From assembly GCA_000934665.2 (NCBI GenBank), contig JYFJ02001285.1, forward strand, positions 62,001 to 84,830: a stretch of 22,830 nt of DNA. The letters are read 5' to 3'. Source of the DNA: Catajapyx aquilonaris (lineage: Eukaryota). Positions within the stretch are counted from its first letter, which is position 1; each line of letters opens with the position of its first letter. A program made the position numbers and the translations under genes. Positions 12,024-22,138 of the stretch are shown piece after piece. The notes below the pieces were generated by a model that made no database searches, was not told the origin of the DNA, and saw only the letters and a list, made by a program, of their open reading frames with translations.

Positions 12024-15000
12024 ATGGCCCGGCTTGATTACTTATTCACAGTGACAGCTGCTCTTCTATGCATGGTACACCATGCCGAACCATACTCAAT
12101 GGGAGCACCAGACGCAGCATGCAAGGCAATGAAGCCGGACCACGAGACAGATCCGCAAAAGACTCAGCCTCCGTATCATGTTTCGGTGTCCAGTAAAGAG
12201 CTGCAAGCTGGACAGAGGTTAAGGGTCACTTTGGGTAGCTCTCCTGGAGCAGCTTTTGAAGGATATCTACTTCAAGCAAGAGACAAGTCCAGTCCAGAGA
12301 CCATTGTCGGCACTTTCTTTGGGGACAACTTCCCTGGGAGCATCCTTACTTGTGGAAGAGGAATACATGTAGGTCCATCACTTGGTAGTCCGTAGCCAGT
12401 GGAGTAAAAATAATTTCATTTCAGAATGCAGTCACACATAACAACAAGGGGAACAAGACCCAAGTAACGGTTGAGTGGGAGTCACCTCGCTCGTTCAGTG
12501 GAAAGGTGGTCTTCAGGTAGAGAGATTTTGGCCAATCTGATGGTATTAATTATTAGTGAAATGTAATGGAAACAAAGTCTTCTCTCAGGACTATTGGCAT
12601 TAATTTTTAATTGTCATTTGCATTATGAGTTTAGAATGCTATTGCAGCCAGAAAGATGGATAGCGTCCTGTCTTGAACATAATCAAGTTCACAGGAAATC
12701 CTGTGATTTCTCCAAGTGCTATTGTATGGTAGCATACATGAAGGTTATGACGTTGGCTGCTGCATATTAGTTGTGGATCAGATCATATTGCAGATTTTGC
12801 AGTGAACCTCATGTACCCAATCATCTTATTTTCCCATCTGTTTGGCCACAACAGTCACTGTACAGTTCAGGATTTCCCCCCCGAATCTTGGGAACTCCCA
12901 GATTTCATAATTTGTCAATATTACAATAATTGGTGATTAGCAGTTTAATATAAAGTGTCACTTTGCAGGGCAACATTTGTGGCAAACTACAAGACGTTCT
13001 GGGTCAATGTGACATCAGAAGAAATAAGTATTCATCCACAACAAAGCAGCACAGTCACTGTTGGTTCTACTGACAGTACCGTCAGTACAACAGCATTTAC
13101 AACACAGTCAACAACCACTACAACTGGTGCTACTACCACCACTGTCACTACAACAACAGCAACAACACAATTGTTGCCAACAGCACCAGCCTTTGTGCCT
13201 CCTGAGGTAAATGACAGACACTGCTAAGCAGGAGTCAATTAACAGAACTGTTAATTGCTACAACCATGAACCCCCATGCAAGCAGGAAATTAGTGACTTT
13301 CCTTGTTATAAAATAACGTCACTGTACTAATACACAATGAAGTGGTAATCACAAAATGTTTATGTCAGTTTCGTTTCATTCCTTCCAGAATGATGTGGGG
13401 ACTGACCCCATATATGAGGGCTGCTTCAGTGTGAAAAATTGCTTTGGCTACCCAGCCAATTGCGAAGAATCCAAGAATTGTGAGATGATTCTCACGTACG
13501 CAGTGAAAGGCGAGAGATACAACTTTGAATTGAAAGGGAAGTCAAGTGGTTACATTGCTACAGCCCTATCGGAAGATACAAACATGGTGAGTTACTCTGG
13601 TATTCTAACCATCACTTCTCAACTAATGTCAAGCTGATCATTATTGGTATAATCATTATGAAGGTAATGATATTATTGTTATCATTAATGACATGGGGGG
13701 TTATTCTCTGTCATACGGTACTTTCCAGTATGATTACATTTTTTCATTGGTAAATAATTCCTATTCTATTGGCTGACTGCTCAAATGCAACAAGATTATT
13801 TTAGAATGGAGATACCTTGTGTTACACACAGTCCCTACCATTACTTTGTTGCCACAACATCCAACTGAGGATGGCACTCGTACATTGCAAGAACAGTTTC
13901 CTCATTTCTCTGTAGCTGCAGTTGCGAAACAGTTACGGATTTACATAAGGAATGAGGAAGTAGAAACTGCTTGTGATATAAAGACTACTGCCAAGAATAG
14001 GTTATGTGATGGAGAACGAGGCATTATTTTCCTCAAATCATTCATTTGAATTCAGGCAGACTTTCTGCTGAATTACCATGCATAAAGCGGCACACTGGTA
14101 AAATCAGGGATCAACAGGTTCTAGAAAATGCACATCTGGTGTCTACACCAGCATAACGATATAAGACAGGGTGTGCCACTATACAAAGTGGGGTTTTGCT
14201 TACATTTTACCTGCAAAAAAATGTGTAAAGCAAAAATCTTTTTATATGTCTGAGAGTGAACAAAAAGAGAATAGACCCTTGCCTCCTTTCCCCAATCAGT
14301 GTCAACCAGTCATGAGTTTCTTGGCACTCCCCTGTAAATAACTTGCCAACTTTCACAATAAAAGGTAGCCTACACTCGTCTAAGATCGACGTAATGACAT
14401 GGTGGCATGAACATTATGTTCTTGTTATTGCTTAGTGCCGCAAGTGCACTTGAATGTTGACCCAGATATTTGGAATCGCTGTCTCAATTCTTTGTTGGAC
14501 GTTACAGTGCCTCAACTGTTTGTGTCTTGTGGTACTGTACGCGTTGCCTCTTGTAAGGGCCCATACTGCCATTACTGCATGACCATTTTGCAGAGAAACT
14601 GAAATTAATGCAACACTACTTGGGTAAATCTCTCCTTGATATGTGGGGGAGAAAAGGCATTGGTGGAAGGAAATTAGGAAGCTGCATTACTGATTCACAT
14701 GCCTACGTACTGCAGCTTCTGAACTTCCTTATTGCAAATTCCATTCCCGCATTACACTCCTAACCCTGCATGTTGCATTGCTGAGGTCATCGGACACTCT
14801 ATCCTACATGATCAAGAATAGAATTGCATGTGCCGGGGGTGTGTCATATTATTTCCAGTTACACGAAGTAGTGGTTGTATGCTTGAAAACCATTTTTTAA
14901 CGCATGAAGATTCTCACTTGCCTAAACAAGGGTGTTTTGTTCATCGCATAGTTAAATAAGTGGAATCACTTGTAATTACTGCATGGCATATGCAAGCTTC

Positions 15001-17141
15001 TGAAAGGTAAAGAGCACAACAATAAGCCATGGACAATCATACTACAGTCAACTCCGGATATAAGAGAGTTCAAGCGAACATGGAAATCAGTAGCAGTATC
15101 CTATAACCAAGGTGCACTTATCCATCGACTTTTCATCCTGTTAAAAACCGAAAAAGTTGTACCGTGTTGTATCGAGATGTTGTATACCATTGCAGATGCT
15201 AATGGTTAATTTTCCCATTTCAGAAAGATGACAGTGTGGTTCATTGCTTCCGAGATGGGGAAGCAGTGACTACTCAGATGTCTTGGAACTTTGAGGAGGA
15301 TGGGCAAAAGCAAAACAGGATTCTTGATGACGTAAGCATGAACAATACAATATTAGAGTAGTTAATAACTGCATATAATTAACCTAAATCTGACAGCCTG
15401 TAGATGGACTGTCTGATATGGATTCATCTTATAAAGACGGATGGCTCCATTGCAAGTTCACCAGAAAGATGCTCACAGTGATCGAGGGCAAGCTGTTTGA
15501 CCTCTCAAAGGAGAATTACGTTGTAATGCTAGCCATGGGACCAATAATGAATGGTAATATTGTTACAATTTGAGTATCAGCCATCAAATGATTACAAATT
15601 GATTTTTTAAACAGGTAATTTGGAGTACCATGGATCGCAGAAGATGGCAAGCAGCAGGGCTGTATCGTTAGCCAGCCTGTACCGGTTGGAGGCAGCAACA
15701 AATTTGTTCCTGAAGTTGCACGGTGCCTTCATGATTGCTGCATGGCTTGGCCTGTGCACATGCGGTATCATGATTGCTCGGTACTTCAAAAAGACATGGT
15801 CCGGGCAGCGAACATGTGGCAAAGACAACTGGTTTGCAGTAAGTTATGTTAATGCATTAGACAAATGGTAACAGACCTATATTATGGGGTTAAAACTCAC
15901 ATGTGACAGAAGATATTAAAATGTGAGAGAAAAAATGCTAAAACTGCAAAAATATAACCATTTTAAAAGATGACTGGTACGAATTTTGTCGTGCAGTGGC
16001 ATCGCTTTGTGATGATGCTGACCTGGATGCTTACAATTGCGGCGATTGCAATTATCTTTGTGGAGCTGGGCGGATGGACTTCAATACCCATAACAGAGAA
16101 TCCACATCCCATATTAGGCTGTGTGACAACTGCTCTGGCATTTATACAGCCGATTATGGCTCTATGTCGACCAGCTCCCGATGCAGAGAAACGGACCATT
16201 TTTAACTGGATACATTGGAGTGTTGGAAACTTGGCTTTAATATCTGCATGTAAGTTTTTTGGACTTACTTTTTAAAAAATGTGATTGCTCATGCGATTTT
16301 TCTCCTCTTCAGTTGTGACCATTTTCTTTGCTGTGACACTTCCTAAAGCAGAGTTACCAACGTTATCTTACTGGGTGCTAGCAGGAGTGGTTGCATTTTA
16401 TGCATTCATACATATCGTAATGATGGTAAGTAAACAGTTCAATACCCTTGAAATATTACTAATGTAAAAGAGAATTAACACATTACTACCACTTATGCGC
16501 ACATAGTAGGTAGTTTTCACTAAGAAAATATTTCATCAGGCCTCTTTATGGTCACAGAACAACATTACCATTTGTGCAACATCTGCATAAGTAAGTTACG
16601 AGTTATAAGGCTATGTTTTGAGGTAGAGAGCTTAAGGGCTTCTCAAATAGTAACAACCATTACCAGTGACAAAGTTGCACAGCTATTGGAGAAGTTAATT
16701 ATTGGTAACTGACAATACTGTTGGAACGCCATCAAAATATTTTTACTTGTATAAATCTAGAAGTCTACGATATTGGTACGAATGTAAATAATAGCCGTAG
16801 CTTACACATTTTCTTGGGTGTCTGTATTGCAGATTCAGCAGTGTCATTCTGACCGCAAGCAAGCAAAACAAATTATCAAGATGGCAAGTCGGAGTGGTTC
16901 ATCAAATGCTGTAATAAACACCATGGCTGGTGTCAAAGAAGATGCACCTGTAAGTTTTGCTATTATCAAAATTTTTGGGTCTTCGTAACACCTGCAATCA
17001 TTTCAGGGATCGACATTCCGCAAGAGCATCCTCTTCATCTACCTCTTCATCAACTGGATTTTAACAACAATTTTAATTCTTTTTGTGGTTCTTACTCCAA
17101 TCAGCAGTTACGTAGGAAGTTGGGTTGATGAGACCTTATAA
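12024..17141 (+). CDS. FRRS1: Gene B: FRRS1/SDR2-like ferric-chelate reductase with Reeler + Thr-rich linker + DOMON + cytochrome b561 (659 aa, 11 coding exons)
   Basis: Exons 12024-12368, 12425-12516, 12969-13206, 13389-13586, 15224-15331, 15397-15553, 15615-15838, 15997-16249, 16313-16425, 16833-16949, 17007-17141. All GT-AG; 1980 nt, open to TAA. Exon lengths 92/108/157/253/113 match gene A. Reeler YSMGAPDAACKAMKPDH, FEGYLLQAR; DOMON EDTNM|KDDSVVHC ... LEYH; b561 His in LHGAFM, WHRFVM, NPHPILG, WIHWSVG. Confidence 0.93.
14167..14334. mobile_element. Possible degenerate MITE in gene B intron 4
   Basis: Imperfect inverted ends cagggtgtgcca ... tggcactcccctg, 168 bp; no clear target-site duplication. 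Confidence 0.3.
15043..15184. mobile_element. Possible Tc1/pogo-type MITE remnant in gene B intron 4
   Basis: TA-CAGTCAACTCCGGATATAAG resembles pogo/Tigger-type termini; the opposite end (ttgtatcgagatgttgta) matches only weakly. Confidence 0.25.
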
Positions 17142-17316
17142 TGAACTTATTTTTAACTTCTTTGTAAAGTGTACAGTAGTTTATAAGTGCAACTTGCCTT
17201 TCTTATTTATTTTAATGTTTCCAATTTCAAACTGTTCATGAAATGTATCATTTAACATGTGTATGGAATTTTTAAGAAAATATTGTGAACCTTTGTACTG
17301 AAATTAACGAGCATAA

Positions 17317-17322
17317 TTTATT
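17317..17322 (-). terminator. Candidate polyadenylation signal of gene C
   Basis: AATAAA on the minus strand about 200 nt after the stop; a second copy at 17206-17211. Confidence 0.45.
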
Positions 17323-17520
17323 TATAAACACAACAGTTATAAACGTGAGAGATGGGAATGTGACAAACTGTTGCCTAAAAATTGTGTATTTACAAACAAT
17401 GAGCTTCCAAAACGATGTTGGGACCAATCCACCGCAACCAGTGTTATAAAAATATTCACTCTCACTTCAAAAAAAAAAATGCTGCACTTCACTGGACTAG
17501 AAGACTTTGGTAAAAGCAAA

Positions 17521-19692
17521 TTAGATGTCATCAGGTGCAGATACAACTACAACTAGAATGAATGTAAGCAGCCAAATGACAATGAGATACGTTGAGACAA
17601 CAACTTGGTGGAAGATGGTGCCCTGAAAATGTTAACTGTCAATTACGAGTTCATCAAGACAGAGCACCTTATGTGTAAGTAACAGACTTACATGGTTCGG
17701 TTCATCCTTGACTACATCAAGTCTGCTGTAACAGGTCTCTTCTTCTTCATTGGCAATGGCCGCCACTTGAACAGACATGTCCTCGTGAAGGAGCTCATGT
17801 GACCTGCGATTTCGGAAGCCACGTATCGTTTGCTGTGCCTGCAACAACACTAATTACCGTACTGAAAATACGGATGTAAAGCAGACTTACGGTAAGTAAA
17901 ATGTGAGCTACACAATGGACCACCACATAACTCGAGAGAATAAGATCAATGCTCTTCGGAAGACCAGCTTTTCCCTGCTTGATTCCAAAGAAGCATGTTG
18001 TAACTGCAACGCATATTTGCATAAATTTAAATGTTCACAAATAGATGTACATTTCACACACCTGCAAGGATGTGAGTGAGGTGGCCAACTGCCCTGTGAG
18101 TGGGGCAGAGGAAGCGCCAGTGACTTTTCTTCCATTTGAATCGAGTAGATGCAATCAGTAGCTGGAGCAGGAGCATTGACATTGTTGCACATCCCAAAGC
18201 TGCGTGGGGATTAATGTGAATGGGAACAGTAGTCCAACCATTCAGTTGAGCCAAGATCAATGAGAGAGCAATGGCTGAGAAAAGAGACACCGCAATCATG
18301 CAGTTCTGATGAACCTGTAGAATATAAGTAACATCACAAGTAAAGATGTCTGCAGGAAAATGCAAAAGCTTAAAACGTACCACAAACCAAATAGGTTTTC
18401 CACAAGCCCTGTACCGCAGCCAATCTGAATTCTTCATGTAACGTGAGAATAGGGTTCCTGTGCTGGCAAATCCTATCCAAGAGAGAATCATAAATACAGC
18501 ATGGTACTTCACCATTGGAAATTCTAAGGGCGTGACCTCAACGTCCTTGCTCAGAAGGACTGACTTGGACATAATTGCTCTGCGAATCCCATGGTATTTG
18601 ACCTTTCCTGATTCGCCAATATCACCAGCAGCCACCATCAAGTAGTACGACTCATTCAAGAGGTCAAACGTCCAGTTTCCCACCTCAATTTTGCTTGGTA
18701 GGGAAAATCCACAGAGTAACCATCCGTCATCGTTCACAGCACGAATATTCGTCAAGCCTTGAGTCTAGAAAAAAAAAATGCATGATTGGATGATGTAAAA
18801 ACCAGCCTACTTGGGGCAGACGTTTAAAAATATATCAGCTGCGGATTCCTCATATCTGATGCGAGATGATAAATTTCTGTCATCTACGTATATCATCTAT
18901 ATCCACTCAGGATAAACTGCGATTACCTCATTCAATAACTGCACACCCTTTTCCTGACCAGGTCCACCAACATTCCAGAGTTTCGCAACCCTAATGCCCT
19001 CTTCATCCTTGTAGCATATCACTCCACCGTCATTTCCCTAAGCCGGAGAAGTAGACTTATGTTAAATGGTGTCACATGATATTACGTCACATCATCAGTG
19101 TTGATAAGAATATTTCAAACCCGAAATGGTAATATTTGCGAATTGAGGCGACGTGACAATTTCTAATACACACTCAGGCCTGGTTGTATCAATGCGATTT
19201 AAGCAAGAGAAAATCTGGAGGTTTTTGTTCACCCAAGATTTAACTGCAGGTTTTCGCAAACTGGCGTTGATACAACGGGTTCGTTAATCACAGATTTTAT
19301 ACCTAGTAACCACAGGTTCAGAGAAAACCTGTTTCGATACAACTGGCCCGAAGTGAATTTCGAGCCAAAGACCAGTTCTTACCATAAATTCATCATCAGA
19401 CAATGCAATAGCCACATAGCCTTTACTATAGGCCAGCAGCTCAAAAATGAACACGCCATCAGAATGTGCGTAAGTAGCAAGCGTCGCACATGTACCGTCA
19501 TCAACACAACCATTCCGAATTCCAAAGCAGCCCTTTTGAGTGAAGCACGTATCATACACTCCGATATACGGAGCATATTTGGATGCTGGCGTACTCTGAA
19601 AAAAATGTTATTAATATACATACTTTATCAATGAACAGGCTATACTCACAGTGACATTGATATGTATTGTTTCCGTCTGAAAATGGGATAAA

Positions 19693-19747
<55 letters not shown>

Positions 19748-19912
19748 TACCGTAGTGGTTACGGCAGTGGTTACTGTGGCATGTCGGGCAGTTGTGGTCA
19801 TGAGGTTAGCTGCCTGTGTTGCATCGTCAGTCTTGTTGACCTGAGTACTATTATTAGCCTCTACTGTGTACAAGGCCAATATTAAAATTATTGCGACTGC
19901 CAGTCGGTTCAT
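17521..19912 (-). CDS. FRRS1: Gene C: divergent Reeler-less FRRS1-like protein, signal peptide + Thr-rich stalk + DOMON + cytochrome b561 (503 aa, 9 coding exons)
   Basis: Minus-strand exons 19912-19751, 19676-19650, 19595-19383, 19037-18927, 18764-18381, 18314-18062, 18003-17891, 17838-17692, 17622-17521. All GT-AG; 1512 nt, open to TAA. Signal peptide MNRLAVAIILILALYTVEA; YDTCFTQKGCFGIRNGC; SDDEFM|GNDGGVIC; VKYH; b561 His in KYHAVFM, VHQNCM, NPHAALG, PTHRAVG. The 253- and 113-nt exons are shared with genes A and B. Confidence 0.9.
19177..19349. mobile_element. MITE with PIF/Harbinger-like termini in a gene C intron
   Basis: Inverted ends ggcctggttgtatcaa (19177-19192) and tcgatacaactggccc (19334-19349), 173 bp, plus an internal ttgatacaac copy; TSD degenerate. 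Confidence 0.55.
19694..19747. repeat. Perfect (ATT)18 microsatellite inside a 74-nt intron of gene C
   Basis: Read directly; bounded on the minus strand by a GTAAAT donor (19750) and a cccattttcag acceptor (19677). Confidence 0.95.
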
Positions 19913-20067
19913 GACCTGTTCATACAAAAAAAGTGTGAGAGAAAATGAGTGACATCATCAGAGTCACATGACTGGTGTCAAAAACTTCTTGTAAACAATG
20001 CTTCAATGTTTCCTAAAGTACCCAGTTTTCTGCAGTATGATTCGGGCAATACTGTGAAGTTACTTAC

Positions 20068-20164
20068 TCTTTGTTTTTGCTTGGAAGGAATATTAAATCG
20101 AAGGGTCGAGCAGCAGCTGGCACAACATTTCGGCCATGATTTTCTCCTGGGCGTATCCGAATGA
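20068..20164 (-). other. Candidate non-coding first exon of gene C
   Basis: Minus-strand GTAAGT donor at 20067, acceptor ending at 19916 just before GTC ATG, and Inr-like TCATTC at 20164-20159. Confidence 0.4.
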
Positions 20165-20342
20165 GAACCTTGCGACGTCACGGTTCCGCTATCCACAATT
20201 ATTTACACTATAATAAGGCTGACATGCTACATTTTAATATTGTTTGTAATATTAAGTACAAAATGTATGTAGAATGTAATGTTTATCCCGGTTTAGCCAG
20301 TAGCAATGAGACCGTGTCCGAATTACTACTATTTTACTATGG

Positions 20343-20354
20343 AATGACGTCATT
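20343..20354. promoter_or_regulatory. Perfect CRE palindrome (AATGACGTCATT) upstream of gene C
   Basis: 12-bp perfect palindrome containing TGACGTCA; a second GACGTCA at 20174-20180. Confidence 0.4.
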
Positions 20355-21129
20355 GCCCCTGGTTGGGTAGGCAACCCAAAAGCCCATCAAAGACAAACTC
20401 GCGGAGAATCCAAACTCTACAGTAGAAAAAGCCGGATCTAGGATAGAACCTGATGTGTTCCACATGTTCCTCCATAGCCTTCACCTTGATATAATGCTTT
20501 GTTGGCTGCATTGTGTCATCTGGAATTTGTTCATGACTCATTTCTTTCCGATTATTTCGTCCATTTTCCTCCTTTTTCTTATTTTTGCTTTTCGTGAATC
20601 AGCGTGGTCTCGTGGCTTTCGGTGCCCATGCGCCGTACAAACCCCGCCGCCTTTTAGGGGTCGTTGGATGGGCGTTCGATCGAATTTCGGAGGGCCCGCT
20701 CTGGTGTCGGAGAGGATTCCTACCAGGCTGGTTGCTCACTCCCCATCATCCCTCCTTCCTCTTGTTCCACCTTAAAAATATTTTGGGATTTGCCAAATAA
20801 TATATACACATATACAAGTGCGCGGAAAACAAAGGAAAGACCGATGCGGACCATCGGGTGCTGGGTGTGGTGATTAATCCATCGCGAGTGGTGCGACCTT
20901 TTTGGAAAACAGGTCGAAGTGATATGTGACCAGGCTTTGGGGTCAAAAGGGTGCGGTGAGAGAGGTCAGTCGGGGGACACCGACTTGTTATTATTTTTCA
21001 TTATTTTTGTCCGACCAAAAAAAGAGCGACCTGTTTTATGCCCCATGCCCGAGTCCACAAGTGCTGGTTTACAGTTCTGATTGTTGCACGCTGAAGAAGA
21101 AAAGCCGGCGCCATTTAGGATAACCCAAG

Positions 21130-21235
21130 ATGGAACTGGTGGTCAAGTGGGCCTGGTGTGGCTTAGTTCTGGCTCTCATGGCTCTGGCCGTGGCGCCAAC
21201 CACACCCAATGTGCAGTTTGAAGCTGCCTTTCAAG
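21130..21235 (+). CDS. Probable first coding exon (signal peptide) of an unidentified secreted or membrane protein; partial
   Basis: caagATGG start; MELVVKWAWCGLVLALMALAVAPTTPNVQFEAAFQ; strong AAG|GTAAGC donor (phase 1); GC-rich, downstream of a CpG-rich stretch. I could not identify downstream exons in the window. Confidence 0.6.
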
Positions 21236-22118
21236 GTAAGCCCCGAATTGCATTGTTGTCCAATCATGCTGGGGACTGATTGTTGTCATCACTGATATGC
21301 AGCAAGAGTATATAGGAAAATTTGGCCAAATTATGAATGTCAAATGCCACAGTGCGAACGATTTACCTGAATCGAAGCGCATCCATATATGATTGGATCG
21401 TTTTGAATTATTCAGTATGGGAAGCTACATTTTAAAGGTTCGGTAATGGAATGGTGGGAACAGCCAATAAGGCAACATTGGACAGAGAATGTGCACTGAA
21501 AATACTGAAGTTGAATATAATGAGGCTTGCAGCACTGTGGACTTAAGCCGGTCTCATTTTCCCAAGTTCAATTAACTTGCGTAAATAGACAGTATTCAGA
21601 TTGGAAAAGTTTATTTCATAGAAGTCACTGGGGCTGTACGAAAAAGAATAGAATCAGTCGGAACTGTACTCATGCAATATGCAGTATGAGCATTAAGTAT
21701 GGTCAGGTCGACTATGCAGTATGCAGTTGCCGTTGTAAAAACATTATCAGTATGGAATGCGCTTCACTTGTTTAGGAAAATAGTTACCGGTATGTCTTTT
21801 TGTCACATTTTTGGACTCAGATGTTTCATGACAAATGGTCGTTTAGCGTCTGAACCCAGCTGTTTCCCCCCCTCTAAACCAACTCTTCAAAAATACATGG
21901 CTAGTGTGCAAACGTGCGTTTTGAAACCCACGACCGGTTTCAATGCTCGATTTGTGCCTTTCCCGCGGGTTGGCGGGTGGTCCACATGGGCTGCAAATGA
22001 GAACTGACATTGCGTCAATCACGCGCCAACCACACAGCCTCTCTTGACATACCAAAATGAGAGGGTGGGTACCATACTATACCCTCTTCAAACCCAAAAA
22101 ACATAACACCCCCCCTCC

Positions 22119-22138
22119 TATTTTTGCGACACCCTGTA
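22119..22138. mobile_element. Solo Tc1/mariner-like terminal repeat
   Basis: Reverse complement reads TA-CAGGGTGTCGCAAAAATA, similar to Tc1/mariner termini; no partner end found. Confidence 0.35.

Noticed and set aside
19646..19927. Poly-Asn (minus) and poly-Ile (plus) ORFs
   Set aside because: The (ATT)18 repeat lies inside a GT-AG intron of gene C, so the homopolymer peptides are read-through artefacts.
19978..20196. 72-aa minus ORF as an N-terminal extension of gene C
   Set aside because: It would splice in frame, but it starts with GTG, has no in-frame ATG in the exon, and has a stop three codons upstream.
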